From assembly GCA_002898355.1 (NCBI GenBank), contig BEHD01000005.1, positions 34,411 through 98,410 of the forward strand: a stretch of 64,000 nucleotides of DNA, written 5' to 3'. Each line of letters begins with the position of its first letter. Positions within the stretch are counted from its first letter, which is position 1. Below, one piece after another: positions 20,038 through 29,743 of the stretch. The translations under genes and the position numbers were made by a program. Source of the stretch: an archaeon HR01. Its GTDB lineage: Archaea > Thermoproteota > Nitrososphaeria_A > Caldarchaeales > Caldarchaeaceae. A model generated the notes under the pieces. That model saw only the letters and a program-made list of their open reading frames with translations, did no database searches and was not told where the DNA came from.

Positions 20038-21417
20038 CTATAACCTCAGACTGGGTGTTCCCATTTTTCTGGCAGCCTGGTGGGCTATCCTGAGTATCGT
20101 AACTTCGTCGTAGAGCCGGCCGGCTATCTGGACACCTATAGGCAGCCCTCTGGATGATAGGCCCGCAGGTATTGAGATAGATGGAATGCCTATTATGTTG
20201 TGGAGTATTGTCTGGCTGGTGAGGGCTGAGTAGATGTCTATATTCTTACCATCTATCTCCGACTCTGTTACACCTATCTCTACAGCTGTTAACGGTGTTG
20301 TGGGTGATACGATGGCGTGATACTGGTCCAATATTCTGAGGACGCCACCCCTTATCATGTGTCTCAGCCTCACAGCCTTCACATAATCTACAGCCGTGTA
20401 GCGTCCACCCCTCTCCAGCATCGACAACACATCAGGCCCATATTCTCCCCGACGGCTTCTGAGCCACTCGTCATGAAATGCCGCGGCCTCTCCAAGCCTT
20501 ATTGGGGCCCAGCACTCCCTAACCCTTCCTGCATACTCGAACTCTACCTCATCCACCGTCATGCCTAGCCCCTCGAGAACCCTGACAAATCTCTTGAAGG
20601 CCGACAATACTTCAGCATCTACCGGCCCCATACCGCCGAGGAGGCAGACCTTCAGACCCTCCACATCTTTCTCCAACAACGATGGATAGTCTGGAACCTC
20701 CGCATAGACCGAGTACTCGTCTTCCGGGTCGTAGCCTGCCACAGCCTTCAGAGTAACAGCTGCATCGGCAACGGTGCCGGCTAGGATGCCGACATGGTCT
20801 AGGCTCCAGCTGAGGGGGATGACGCCATGCTTGCTGACACGTCCGAAGGAGGGTTTCAGACCTACCACACCGCATAGGGAGGCCGGTATCCTCACCGAGC
20901 CGCTCGTATCTGTCCCTATAGATACCGTTGAGAGACCTGCAGCCACAGCTGCTGCTGAGCCGCCGCTGGACCCGCCCGCGATAAACCTTGTGTTCCACGG
21001 GTTACGGACCGGGCCGTAGTGGGGGTTGATGCTGGTCACACCGGAGGCGAATTCGTGGAGGTTGTTGGTCCCCACAATAACCGCCCCCGCCTCCTTCAGC
21101 CTCCTAGTCACCGTAGCATCATAGGGCGCTACATGCTGGGCCAGTATCTTGGAGCCGGCCGTACATCTCACACCTCCTATGAATACGATGTCTTTGACGG
21201 AGACGGGTATGCCGTGAAGAGGCCCCCTATACCTACCTTCCGCTATCTCCTTCTCGGCCTTGGAGGCCTCGAGGCGTGCATGCTCCTCCAAAACCGTGAT
21301 GAAGGCGTTTACCTCTGGGTTTACCCTGCCTATCCTCTCAAGGGTCTTCTCCACAAGCTCTGTCGGCTTCAGCCCACCCGTCAAAATCTCTTGGGAAAGC
21401 TCCACCAGAGATTCCAC
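20038..21417 (-). CDS. Amidase-signature family enzyme (GatA-like amidase)
   Basis: GGSSGGSAAAVAAGL amidase signature and the Ser-cisSer-Lys catalytic context; 459 aa. No gatB/gatC adjacent. Confidence 0.8.
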   Translation of the reverse strand: MESLVELSQEILTGGLKPTELVEKTLERIGRVNPEVNAFITVLEEHARLEASKAEKEIAEGRYRGPLHGIPVSVKDIVFIGGVRCTAGSKILAQHVAPYDATVTRRLKEAGAVIVGTNNLHEFASGVTSINPHYGPVRNPWNTRFIAGGSSGGSAAAVAAGLSTVSIGTDTSGSVRIPASLCGVVGLKPSFGRVSKHGVIPLSWSLDHVGILAGTVADAAVTLKAVAGYDPEDEYSVYAEVPDYPSLLEKDVEGLKVCLLGGMGPVDAEVLSAFKRFVRVLEGLGMTVDEVEFEYAGRVRECWAPIRLGEAAAFHDEWLRSRRGEYGPDVLSMLERGGRYTAVDYVKAVRLRHMIRGGVLRILDQYHAIVSPTTPLTAVEIGVTESEIDGKNIDIYSALTSQTILHNIIGIPSISIPAGLSSRGLPIGVQIAGRLYDEVTILRIAHQAARKMGTPSLRL

Positions 21418-21490
21418 GGCTATCTAAAGAGTTTGGATGGGATTTAGGTGTTGAGGCAAGGTCAAATAGCGGGGCGAGCTCCATCTGGTT

Positions 21491-22141
21491 ATGAAGCTTC
21501 TGCAGGTCTCGGATATTCATGGAAGTGTTGAGATGGCTAACCGCGTGGCTGAGATGGCTTCCAAAGGTTTTGACGCCGTACTGGCCGCAGGCGATATAAC
21601 ACATTTCGGCAACACGGCACAGGCCGAAGACATCTTAGGGAGGATTGGCAGGGCGGGCGTCCCAGTGTACTTTGTGGCGGGCAACTGCGACCCCGAGATT
21701 CTTCTCAGCTGGCGGCCGAGACTAGAAAACGTCTTCAACATCCATCTAGGCCGTGAAAAGCTGGGCGGGCTGGAGCTCCTCGGGCTTGGAGGCGGGAACA
21801 CCTCACCCTTCAACACCATCATAGAGTTCACTGAGGACCAGTTCAAGGACATGCTGGCCAGCCTAAACCCCTCAGGCCGGGCCATACTGGTAAGCCATAC
21901 ACCACCCTACGGCACCGCAGCAGACTTCGCCCGGGGTAGACATCTGGGCAGCAAGGCCATAAGGGAATATGTAGAGCGGGCCAAACCCCTCGCCGTCTGC
22001 TGCGGCCACATCCACGAGGGGAGGGCTGTGGATAGCATAGGTGCCACCAAGGTGGTTAACGCCGGACCAGCCAAGGACGGCTACTGTGCATCCATATCCT
22101 TCAGCCACGACCGCCTAGAAGTCTCACTTCTCAGGCTTTAA
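21491..22141 (+). CDS. Calcineurin-like metallophosphoesterase
   Basis: MKLLQVSDIHGS... GDITHFG... GNCD... GHIHEG metal-binding motifs. Confidence 0.65.
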   Translation: MKLLQVSDIHGSVEMANRVAEMASKGFDAVLAAGDITHFGNTAQAEDILGRIGRAGVPVYFVAGNCDPEILLSWRPRLENVFNIHLGREKLGGLELLGLGGGNTSPFNTIIEFTEDQFKDMLASLNPSGRAILVSHTPPYGTAADFARGRHLGSKAIREYVERAKPLAVCCGHIHEGRAVDSIGATKVVNAGPAKDGYCASISFSHDRLEVSLLRL

Positions 22142-22681
22142 CCCCATCAGATAGCCTGCAAAGGCCACACCCCACATCAGGGGCGGATAGGCTATCAGCC
22201 TCTCCATCCCTCCGGGGCCAAGCCCTAGGTAGACTCCTGCCGCGAAGAGGGAGAGGGCGGCCAGGGTCAGCACTCCCATGACAGCTGAGAAGATGTTGAG
22301 GGGCATGGATACAAGCCTCGAGGTGTAGAGGGCTGAGACACCTGCAAAGAAAAAAACTATGAAGGACATCAGGGTGTGGAGACCGTAGGGGCTTCCCTCC
22401 GGAAATACGCCGACACCCGCAGCGCCCAGGCCGGCTAGGAAGAGGAGGGGTGGTAGGAGACGGTCCCTGAATATGGGTCGGATGAGATATGATGAGACTG
22501 CCACCGCCAAACCCAGCAATATGATGGATGTATTGAAGACCGGTGCCGCAGGCCCTACTCCCAAGTCACTGATATAGTTGCCTGAGATGCTGTATCCCGG
22601 GTATATGGATTCTGCGACCCTGAGGAAGATCACGAACTGGGTGATAGCTGTGAAGAGGAGGCCGCCCACAAGCCTGGCCAT
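22124..22681 (-). CDS. Integral membrane protein, unknown
   Basis: Hydropathy. Confidence 0.3.
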   Translation of the reverse strand: MARLVGGLLFTAITQFVIFLRVAESIYPGYSISGNYISDLGVGPAAPVFNTSIILLGLAVAVSSYLIRPIFRDRLLPPLLFLAGLGAAGVGVFPEGSPYGLHTLMSFIVFFFAGVSALYTSRLVSMPLNIFSAVMGVLTLAALSLFAAGVYLGLGPGGMERLIAYPPLMWGVAFAGYLMGLKPEK

Positions 22682-22717
22682 GTTATGATGTTCTGCATGG
22701 TGGTTTATAGCCGTATT

Positions 22718-23140
22718 CTAGATGAGGATGATGACTGCTGGGAGGGCTAGGGCTGGCGGTATCTCAGACATAGCCAGAATGTTGGCCTTCTTTCTGGCAT
22801 GTATGTCTCCTCTGGCGGCCCTAGGCCCGTAGATGAAGGAGTGGATGAAGTCGGCGGCGAAAAGCCCGGAGACTATGAACATACCCGGCAGGGCCAACAC
22901 GTTTTCACCCGTCAAAGCCTTGGGCAGGCCAAGGTAGAAGATCGATATCGTTAAGATGGTTAGGGCGGCCCATGAGTATGGGTTGTAACGTTTCATCATA
23001 CCGGCTGTGAGGAGAATCCGCGTCTGCCTATCCTCCAGTATACGTATCTGCGGTATCGCCGCCAGGGCCAGGTGCAGGATGCCTCCCAACCAGACGACTA
23101 GGGAGTAGGTGGCTACGATGCGGGCTGCCAGCTCAAGCAT
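22718..23140 (-). CDS. Integral membrane protein, unknown
   Basis: Hydropathy. Confidence 0.3.
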   Translation of the reverse strand: MLELAARIVATYSLVVWLGGILHLALAAIPQIRILEDRQTRILLTAGMMKRYNPYSWAALTILTISIFYLGLPKALTGENVLALPGMFIVSGLFAADFIHSFIYGPRAARGDIHARKKANILAMSEIPPALALPAVIILI

Positions 23141-23672
23141 ATCTCCTTAGGATGAGGATTGTGACTGATGACCCCGCCACGCTGAGGACTAGGTTGGCTG
23201 CGATGGCTCCAGCCCATATTATGGCCAGGACCGGGGCCGGGACTTGGAAGAAGCCTAGATAGGTGAGGATGGCCAGAGCCACCACAGATTCGGCGAGGCC
23301 GCTCAGCGTAGCCGCCGACAGAATACGGCCCCTCCTCCTAGCCGATGCTGCATAGGAGCCTCCTACAGCCACCACAGCATCGTATACCAAGCCTGCGGCC
23401 AGCGTTGAGGCGAGGAGATAGGGTGCGGGCGCTGGGACGAGTACGAGAAAGACAAGTCCCGAGATGACGCCCATCAGGGCTGTGCTCCACATCCATCTCG
23501 AATAGGCTGCCGCCATGCTCATCAGAAGTCCCCGGAAAAAGTGGGCTGGATAGCCCCTTAACGCAGGTCCCACCAGAAGGCCTGAGGCTGTTCCGAGGAC
23601 GGAGTATGATGCTGAGATTAGAGCGATAACCGCTATGTTTTTTGCGGTTTTCACCTTTGTAGCCTGATGCAT
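23133..23672 (-). CDS. Integral membrane protein, unknown
   Basis: Hydropathy. Confidence 0.3.
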   Translation of the reverse strand: MHQATKVKTAKNIAVIALISASYSVLGTASGLLVGPALRGYPAHFFRGLLMSMAAAYSRWMWSTALMGVISGLVFLVLVPAPAPYLLASTLAAGLVYDAVVAVGGSYAASARRRGRILSAATLSGLAESVVALAILTYLGFFQVPAPVLAIIWAGAIAANLVLSVAGSSVTILILRRYA

Positions 23673-23771
23673 GTTGTGGATTCCACAGGCTTATATATAA
23701 ACTTATTTCGTTTTCTAATATCCATCAACCTAGCCAAGACGCTTAATACCCACACATAAGACAAAGTATCC

Positions 23772-24749
23772 GTGAGAATCCCAACTCTAGCAGACATCCT
23801 CAACGCCAGGAGAAACGTGGATAGATATCTTAAACGGACGCCCCTCATCTATTCCCGCAGGCTTTCGAGAGTCCTCGGCTTCGACACCTACCTAAAGCTG
23901 GAGAACCTCCAACCCGTGAGGTCCTTCAAGGTCCGTGGCGGCGTCCACTTCATGGTCTCTATGCTGGATGAGGCCTTGAGAAGGGGTGTGATAACAGCGT
24001 CAACGGGGAACCACGCCCAATCCATCGCCTACGCAGGCTCGATTCTAGGCGTCCAAGTGAAGATCGTGATGCCCAGCAACGCCCCCCAGAACAAGGTTGA
24101 GGCGGTGAAGGAGCTGGGCGCCGAGGTGATACACTACGGGGCATACTACGAGGAGGCCCGCGAATATTCTGAGATGCTCGCCGAGAGGCATGGACACCTA
24201 TACGTGCACGGGATAAATGAGCCGCTCCTCTACGAGGGTGTCGGCACCATGCATCTGGAAATCCTTGAGGAGATGCCCTACATCGACGCAGTCATCAACC
24301 CCATCGGCGGAGGCTCAGGGGCGGGCAGCGCAGTCATAGTCTACAAAAGCGTCAACCCAAGGATAAGAATTTACGGGGTTCAGGCTGAGGGCGCCCCTGC
24401 ATTCTACCACTCGTGGAAGACCGGCAGCATCGTGAGGGCTGAGGCGAGAACCAAGGCGGAGGGGCTCGCCACATCCATGGGCTACGAGCTACCCCTCAGA
24501 ATAATGTCAAACAGGATAGACGACGTGGTGTTGGTGAGCGACAGGGAGATGATGGCGGCCGTCAAAACCCTGCTGGAGGCTACGGGACAGCTGGCCGAGC
24601 TGGCGGGCGCAGCCTCTACAGCAGCTGCCTTCAAAATCAGGGACCGGCTACAGGGGTTGAAGATAGCCCTTAACCTGACTGGGGGAAACCTCCCCATGGA
24701 GATGCTGGATAACATACTACACAGCGAATATAGCGGTGTAGGTGATTAG
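23772..24749 (+). CDS. PLP-dependent threonine/serine dehydratase (threonine ammonia-lyase family, short catabolic type)
   Basis: PLP-lysine motif SFKVRGG and Gly-rich GGGSGAG loop; 325 aa. Confidence 0.75.
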   Translation: MRIPTLADILNARRNVDRYLKRTPLIYSRRLSRVLGFDTYLKLENLQPVRSFKVRGGVHFMVSMLDEALRRGVITASTGNHAQSIAYAGSILGVQVKIVMPSNAPQNKVEAVKELGAEVIHYGAYYEEAREYSEMLAERHGHLYVHGINEPLLYEGVGTMHLEILEEMPYIDAVINPIGGGSGAGSAVIVYKSVNPRIRIYGVQAEGAPAFYHSWKTGSIVRAEARTKAEGLATSMGYELPLRIMSNRIDDVVLVSDREMMAAVKTLLEATGQLAELAGAASTAAAFKIRDRLQGLKIALNLTGGNLPMEMLDNILHSEYSGVGD

Positions 24750-25262
24750 GCCTTTCCTGTAGAGGCTTAGCCTGTAGCCCAGCCTTTCAAAGAGCTTTAG
24801 CATCTCTGCAGGGTCTGTCCCATGCCCTAGCATGCGGCCACGTATGGGGTCGACCACCAGAAGGGATGAGTCTTTCCGCATCTTATCCCTCAGAGTCAAC
24901 AGGGCCTTCTCCCTCTCATCTATGTGGTGTAGGCTCAACATCATACACGCCCTATCGACGCCCTGGTCCGGAACCCCATCCAGCTCGGAGGCATCGGTTT
25001 TTAGGAGCTTAACGTTGCCGAGGCCGAGGGACCGTATCCTAGCATCAAGCTCATCAAGATATTTCTCCGACTTGTCCACGGCGTATATCCTTCCCTCAGG
25101 GCCCACCAGATAAGCCGCCGGTATCGTGAGAAAGCCCCGTCCACATCCTATGTCTAGAAAGGTCGCACCCCTACCCAGCCCAATCCACGAGAGTATCTTA
25201 TACGGGTTCTGAAGCCAACGCCTCAGCCGCGAACCTATAACAGGCCCCTCCAACCTCTCCAC
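24717..25262 (-). CDS. Class I SAM-dependent methyltransferase
   Basis: LDIGCGRGFLT motif I. Confidence 0.55.
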   Translation of the reverse strand: MERLEGPVIGSRLRRWLQNPYKILSWIGLGRGATFLDIGCGRGFLTIPAAYLVGPEGRIYAVDKSEKYLDELDARIRSLGLGNVKLLKTDASELDGVPDQGVDRACMMLSLHHIDEREKALLTLRDKMRKDSSLLVVDPIRGRMLGHGTDPAEMLKLFERLGYRLSLYRKGLITYTAIFAV

Positions 25263-25342
25263 GTCTATCCCGGAACATGTTTCAAGATTAAGTTTTGTGG
25301 ATACACTTATATCCGACCGTCGGGGTTTGTGGTTGAGCAGGC

Positions 25343-25459
25343 ATGTGTCACTGTATGAGCGATGAAGAGTATGAGATGTGGCTTGCGAGGCTGAGAGAGG
25401 CTCAGAAGAAGGCTGTGGAAACCCCTAAGAAGGAGATACCGGTGGCCGTCAAGGCCTGA
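25343..25459 (+). CDS. Possible unlisted small ORF (38 aa, or 34 aa from the second ATG): MCHCMSDEEYEMWLARLREAQKKAVETPKKEIPVAVKA
   Basis: Open frame in a 245-bp gap. Charged helical composition; no homology asserted. Confidence 0.15.
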   Translation: MCHCMSDEEYEMWLARLREAQKKAVETPKKEIPVAVKA

Positions 25460-25508
25460 AAAGGTCTAGCCACCCAGTCCACGAGCCCGACAAGCACCGG
25501 AGTGTGAT

Positions 25509-25910
25509 CTATCTACCATTTTTGGCCAAGGCTGTGTTGGCCAGCCTGTCAGCCTCACTATTCTCCTCCCGCCCTACATGGACTATCTTGAAGGTGGAGA
25601 ATTTCGGGATGAGGGCGGCCGCCTTCTCGTAAAGCCTTCTAAGCCGAGGGCTTCTAACACGGTACTCACCCGCCAGCTGTCTGACCAGTAGCTGGCTGTC
25701 CGAGTATACAGTAACCTCCGAGACCCCCATCTCCAAAGCCATCTCCAAACCCCTAATCAACGCGATATACTCGGCCTCGTTGTTCGTCCTCACACCGACA
25801 TACTCCCCAACCTTTCTCACAGCCCCCCCATACTCTAGGACAACACCTATACCAGCCTGCCCAGGGTTACCCCTCGAGGCCCCATCTACGTATAGTCTAG
25901 CTAAGGCCAA
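25509..25910 (-). CDS. rnhA: Ribonuclease HI (type 1 RNase H, archaeal short form)
   Basis: DGASRGNPGQAGIGVV ... EAEYIALIRGLE ... SDSQLLVRQL ... ENSEADRLAN catalytic DEDD layout. Confidence 0.7.
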   Translation of the reverse strand: MALARLYVDGASRGNPGQAGIGVVLEYGGAVRKVGEYVGVRTNNEAEYIALIRGLEMALEMGVSEVTVYSDSQLLVRQLAGEYRVRSPRLRRLYEKAAALIPKFSTFKIVHVGREENSEADRLANTALAKNGR

Positions 25911-25917
25911 AATCTTT

Positions 25918-26424
25918 TCAGCCGAGGGCTTCTACCAGCTTCCTCTCAACGATGTAGTATTTCTTGGGAAGCTTCTTACCTGCCAGCTCCAAGGCCTCCC
26001 TAGCAGCCCTCACACCGTCCGAGTATACCAAAACCCTGAAGACAGGCTCGCCCATCTCAACCCTAGCAGCCCTGCCTATAGGCTTACCGAAAGCCCTCCT
26101 CATCCCCTCCTGCAGCCTGTCGGCGTGGGCGCCGAAGATCATCTTATTCTCCCTAAGCACATGGTGTGGGTGGGCCTTCACCTCAGCGTAGAATCTGTCG
26201 GTGAGCTTCTCGCTCAAAACTTTGTTGAGGGCTATCCTCGCAGATTCCAAGGCCACATCCCTGATCTGGAGAGTGGTCTCGGGCACTAGGAGGAGTTCAT
26301 GGGTATAGTCTGGCCTATAGACGCCGGCAGTGTATTTGGTAATTCTCGAGTCGGGTGGTCCGTGGATATACTCCTTCCTAGCGTAGGTCATACCATCCAC
26401 ACGTCTGTAGTTCTTCGCCTTCAT
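25918..26424 (-). CDS. rpl10e: 50S ribosomal protein L10e (uL16)
   Basis: MKAKNYRRVDGMTYARKEYIHGPPDSRITKY... conserved L10e N-terminus. Confidence 0.85.
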   Translation of the reverse strand: MKAKNYRRVDGMTYARKEYIHGPPDSRITKYTAGVYRPDYTHELLLVPETTLQIRDVALESARIALNKVLSEKLTDRFYAEVKAHPHHVLRENKMIFGAHADRLQEGMRRAFGKPIGRAARVEMGEPVFRVLVYSDGVRAAREALELAGKKLPKKYYIVERKLVEALG

Positions 26425-26459
26425 ACCCCTCTCCTGTGGGTGGGAGGCGGTAAATAAGG

Positions 26460-27050
26460 CTATGCTGCCGACGGCTCCCTGACGAATATCCTGTATTTCT
26501 CCTCCTTGTTGGTTAGCTCATCGAGAATTCTCCTAGTTATCGACTCGGCAGGGTCAATAAGGCCTGTCCTCTTCTTGATATCTTCAAAGCTTTGTAGGGG
26601 CGCCGTCTCCCTCTCCTCCAGAAACTTCTGAAGCATCTTCTTACCTATGCCGGGTATGAGCTCTAATGCGTGAAGACGTGGGGTGATGGGGTTGCTCTTG
26701 TTGAAGAACTCCACAAACCGCATCTCGTTCTGCTCCACAATCTTCTGTATGACGGGTTCTAGGTTGGCCCTCCCATTCTCTGTCAACTCATCCACATTAA
26801 TCCTCCGTATGATTCTAAGGATTTCACGTGGAACATCCCTGCCTATGTATATTCTGGCCCCTATACTTGGTTTGAAACGCTCCGAGACAGCGGCCTCCAG
26901 CAGTGTGAAATATTCCTCACCCAGCAGATGAACTATAACCTCGTTTTTATCGATGGCCTGCCTCATCTGGGCTGGTCTCCTATGGGATGGCGGCAAAACA
27001 TCTAGAACATAGCCGTAGTCCTCATAACGTTTAGCCTTAACCTTCTGCAT
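26460..27050 (-). CDS. DUF655-family protein (OB-fold plus helix-hairpin-helix), conserved partner of Rpo4 and L21e in archaea
   Basis: HhH motif LELIPGIGKKMLQKFLEERE; position in the L21e-Rpo4-DUF655 cluster. Confidence 0.55.
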   Translation of the reverse strand: MQKVKAKRYEDYGYVLDVLPPSHRRPAQMRQAIDKNEVIVHLLGEEYFTLLEAAVSERFKPSIGARIYIGRDVPREILRIIRRINVDELTENGRANLEPVIQKIVEQNEMRFVEFFNKSNPITPRLHALELIPGIGKKMLQKFLEERETAPLQSFEDIKKRTGLIDPAESITRRILDELTNKEEKYRIFVREPSAA

Positions 27051-27075
27051 ATAACATCCATCTACCGGTCTTTCT

Positions 27076-27435
27076 CTAAGACAGCTCTCCGCTGAGGGCT
27101 GCCTTCACCATATCCACGATACGCTGCATCTTATCCTCTGAGAAGAGCAGAGAGGCCACAAGTCTCTTATACCCCCCAAGGACGGCCCGCAGCTCATCCA
27201 CCGTAGTCGGACATATATCCACCACCTGGACAGCCTCCTTCCTCGAAAGCTCAAACTCTTTCATCAGCTTCTCCACCAAAAGCTCGGCCTGCTCAGGAGA
27301 CAGCCGTGAATATTTCCGGGCGTAGCTCAGCACACGCATCTGGAGGGGTGAAAGCCCGACTTCATGCTCGCTCAGCAGCTTGGCGGCCTTGGCCATGGGT
27401 ATCTCCTGTTTACCCAGTATCCTCCTAGGCATCAC
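27076..27435 (-). CDS. rpo4: DNA-directed RNA polymerase subunit Rpo4 (F)
   Basis: Roughly 115-aa helical protein, overlapping start/stop with L21e upstream; conserved synteny. Confidence 0.55.
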   Translation of the reverse strand: MMPRRILGKQEIPMAKAAKLLSEHEVGLSPLQMRVLSYARKYSRLSPEQAELLVEKLMKEFELSRKEAVQVVDICPTTVDELRAVLGGYKRLVASLLFSEDKMQRIVDMVKAALSGELS

Positions 27436-27728
27436 CCAACCACCAGAGGCCTGATATGGTCAGGCATAACAGAGATTTCCTTCTGCTTATCACCTTGGAA
27501 AACCCTGAGAATGTAGCCGCTACCACGCTTCTCAACTATCTCTCCTACAAGGCCGTTGTATCTCCTGTGAGGCATCCCCTTATGGACGCTGGGCTCTATT
27601 ATGACTTGGACCTTCTCACCCACTTTATATTCTCTGAGGTATATGTCGGGAGATGGGCCGCTCCTAGAGCCCCTAGGCTTGGTCATGAGACTTCTAGTCT
27701 TCCTTCTGAATCCACGTGATTTTGCCAA
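27432..27728 (-). CDS. rpl21e: 50S ribosomal protein L21e
   Basis: MAKSRGFRRKTRSLMTKPRGSRSGPSP...RRYNGLVGEIV typical of L21e. Confidence 0.85.
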   Translation of the reverse strand: MAKSRGFRRKTRSLMTKPRGSRSGPSPDIYLREYKVGEKVQVIIEPSVHKGMPHRRYNGLVGEIVEKRGSGYILRVFQGDKQKEISVMPDHIRPLVVG

Positions 27729-27966
27729 TTCCCTAGTCCCCTTCTAAGCACTTAAACAATATATAAATACTTTGTGGCCTAATTCATGGCGTTCTCTTCG
27801 GTCTCTGAGACAGCCATATCAATATTCTGAGAGGAGATTCTAGGAGGCCAAAGTGTAGATGGTGGCAGAGCCAACCACAAAAGCATAGGGGCCACCAATA
27901 CCCAATAATTAAGCCACATGGCAACTCATCTGAAAACTTTAAATCATATTTAGATAATAGTAAGAT

Positions 27967-28401
27967 ATGCCCAAACCTACGGCTGCATTCGTTCTCTCGC
28001 TTATTGGGGGAATATTTGTCATTATAGGCGGGTTGATAGGAGCCCTGATAGGCGCTACGCTCACATTTTTTATCGGTGGAGTCGGAGGAATTTTCGGTGT
28101 TTTAGGCATCATATGGGGTATTTTGATCATCATATTCGCCATTCTACTCTACAACAACCCCAGCCAACGCGTCGCATACAGTGTGCTTATCATAATCTTT
28201 TCAGTGCTAAGCTGGATAGGTGCGATTGGTGGTTTTCTGATTGGATTCGTGCTTGGACTTGTGGGCGGTATTCTGGGCCTCGTTCACGGTCCTGGCGAGA
28301 GCGAACAGATAAGGATATGTCTTAATTGTGGAAGCCAGATACAGGACCGTAATACTTCCTTCTGCCCCCACTGCGGGAATGACCTAAGGATGCAGAAATA
28401 A
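27967..28401 (+). CDS. Membrane protein (3 TM, Gly-rich) with a C-terminal zinc ribbon
   Basis: CLNCGSQIQDRNTSFCPHCGNDL at the C-terminus; GxxxG-rich helices. Confidence 0.45.
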   Translation: MPKPTAAFVLSLIGGIFVIIGGLIGALIGATLTFFIGGVGGIFGVLGIIWGILIIIFAILLYNNPSQRVAYSVLIIIFSVLSWIGAIGGFLIGFVLGLVGGILGLVHGPGESEQIRICLNCGSQIQDRNTSFCPHCGNDLRMQK

Positions 28402-28417
28402 GTAGGCGGAGCATTCT

Positions 28418-29743
28418 TTATAGCTGTTGAGGGGCCTCCACCCCCACTACGGTGAGCTCAATCTTTACAGGCGTGTTTTCAAGAATCTCGGATATGCTGG
28501 GCTTTGTTCTGCCCCCGTCGCCTGTCACCAGCTCTTTAACATATAGGCCGCCCTGGCATCTGACCCTGAAGTTGACCCTCCTAGGACCTGTGACGGTGGC
28601 CTGAACCTCGTAAACCGTCTTCCTCCTAATCCTGTCTGCCCTCCTCCTCAAAACCCTCATAGGAGTCCTCTGCTCGATCACGGCATTTCTCAAAGCCTCA
28701 ACAACCTTAGAGAGGCTCTCGGCATCCACATCCTTCTCAAACTCTACATCGACAGAGTAGGTTTTCACGGTTGAGGGTGATGTGAGTTTCAGCGCCCTCA
28801 TCTCCCTCCTAGACGCATAGCGTAGCCCTCTAACGGTCACCAAGCCTCCGGATTTCTCGTTGATAGTTTCCGTAAGCCTCTCCAAGTCTATAGTTCTTCT
28901 CCTAGGTCTTCTCAGCTCGAGGACGAAGGGCCTACCCTCCCCCACCACTAGGGCGTCCACATCCTCTCTCCCCGCCGCGTGGAACTTGAACCCCTCCGCC
29001 TGAAAGGCTGTGACAGCAGGTAGGCCGATTATCTCGCTTACGCTGGTGGGGTACTCCCTCCCCGTGTGGCCGCATGACTCGCATCCCCTACCCCAGCACC
29101 GCCTACAATGCCAGACTGTCTGGGGGAGGCTCCTACTATGTTTTAGATAGCGGCCGGCTATGAAGACGGGGGCGGGAACAATCTTGAAAGACTCTCTAAA
29201 GATATCCACAACAACCGTTATATCGGGTGTGAGATGGTTTACAGCCGAGCCGGTGGCGGAGGATATTAGCTTCCCTATTTCACGGGTTACATCGTTTTTG
29301 AAGTCCTCGCCGTAAACGAGGCCGAAGGCAGACCTTATGCTATCCTCCCTCTCCCTAACCGATGAGTCAACAGATGCACCCACTAGGAAAGTGTGAAACT
29401 CGTATTCGGAGAGAGCTTTGATTATCTTCTCCCCCAGCATGTGGAATAGATTCTCGTGCAGTTTGTCACCGCATACGGTGCATGGGGCCTTCTCCGGCCT
29501 GGCTCCGTAGAGTTTCTCAGCTTCTTGGGCTGCGGCCTCCCACCCACCGTTGACCGCTAGAATTTTCAGCCTCTCACCGTCCCCGGCTGCTAGGGCGTCC
29601 ATCAGCATGGCCAGCTTCAGGGCCTTACCCCTCTCCCTATTACTGTAGCCTGCCGCGAGACGTGCGAACTGACGGCCTAGACAGTAGTCGCATAGCGGGT
29701 ATCTGGCCAGCACAGCGTAGGCCGTCTCCATTAAACCCCTCAT
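28418..29743 (-). CDS. pus10: tRNA pseudouridine synthase Pus10 (archaeal psi54/psi55 synthase)
   Basis: N-terminal CDYC...C Zn module, second Cys cluster CRRCWGRGCESCGH, THUMP-like middle, catalytic AAGREDVDALVVGEGRPFVLE. Confidence 0.65.
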   Translation of the reverse strand: MRGLMETAYAVLARYPLCDYCLGRQFARLAAGYSNRERGKALKLAMLMDALAAGDGERLKILAVNGGWEAAAQEAEKLYGARPEKAPCTVCGDKLHENLFHMLGEKIIKALSEYEFHTFLVGASVDSSVREREDSIRSAFGLVYGEDFKNDVTREIGKLISSATGSAVNHLTPDITVVVDIFRESFKIVPAPVFIAGRYLKHSRSLPQTVWHCRRCWGRGCESCGHTGREYPTSVSEIIGLPAVTAFQAEGFKFHAAGREDVDALVVGEGRPFVLELRRPRRRTIDLERLTETINEKSGGLVTVRGLRYASRREMRALKLTSPSTVKTYSVDVEFEKDVDAESLSKVVEALRNAVIEQRTPMRVLRRRADRIRRKTVYEVQATVTGPRRVNFRVRCQGGLYVKELVTGDGGRTKPSISEILENTPVKIELTVVGVEAPQQL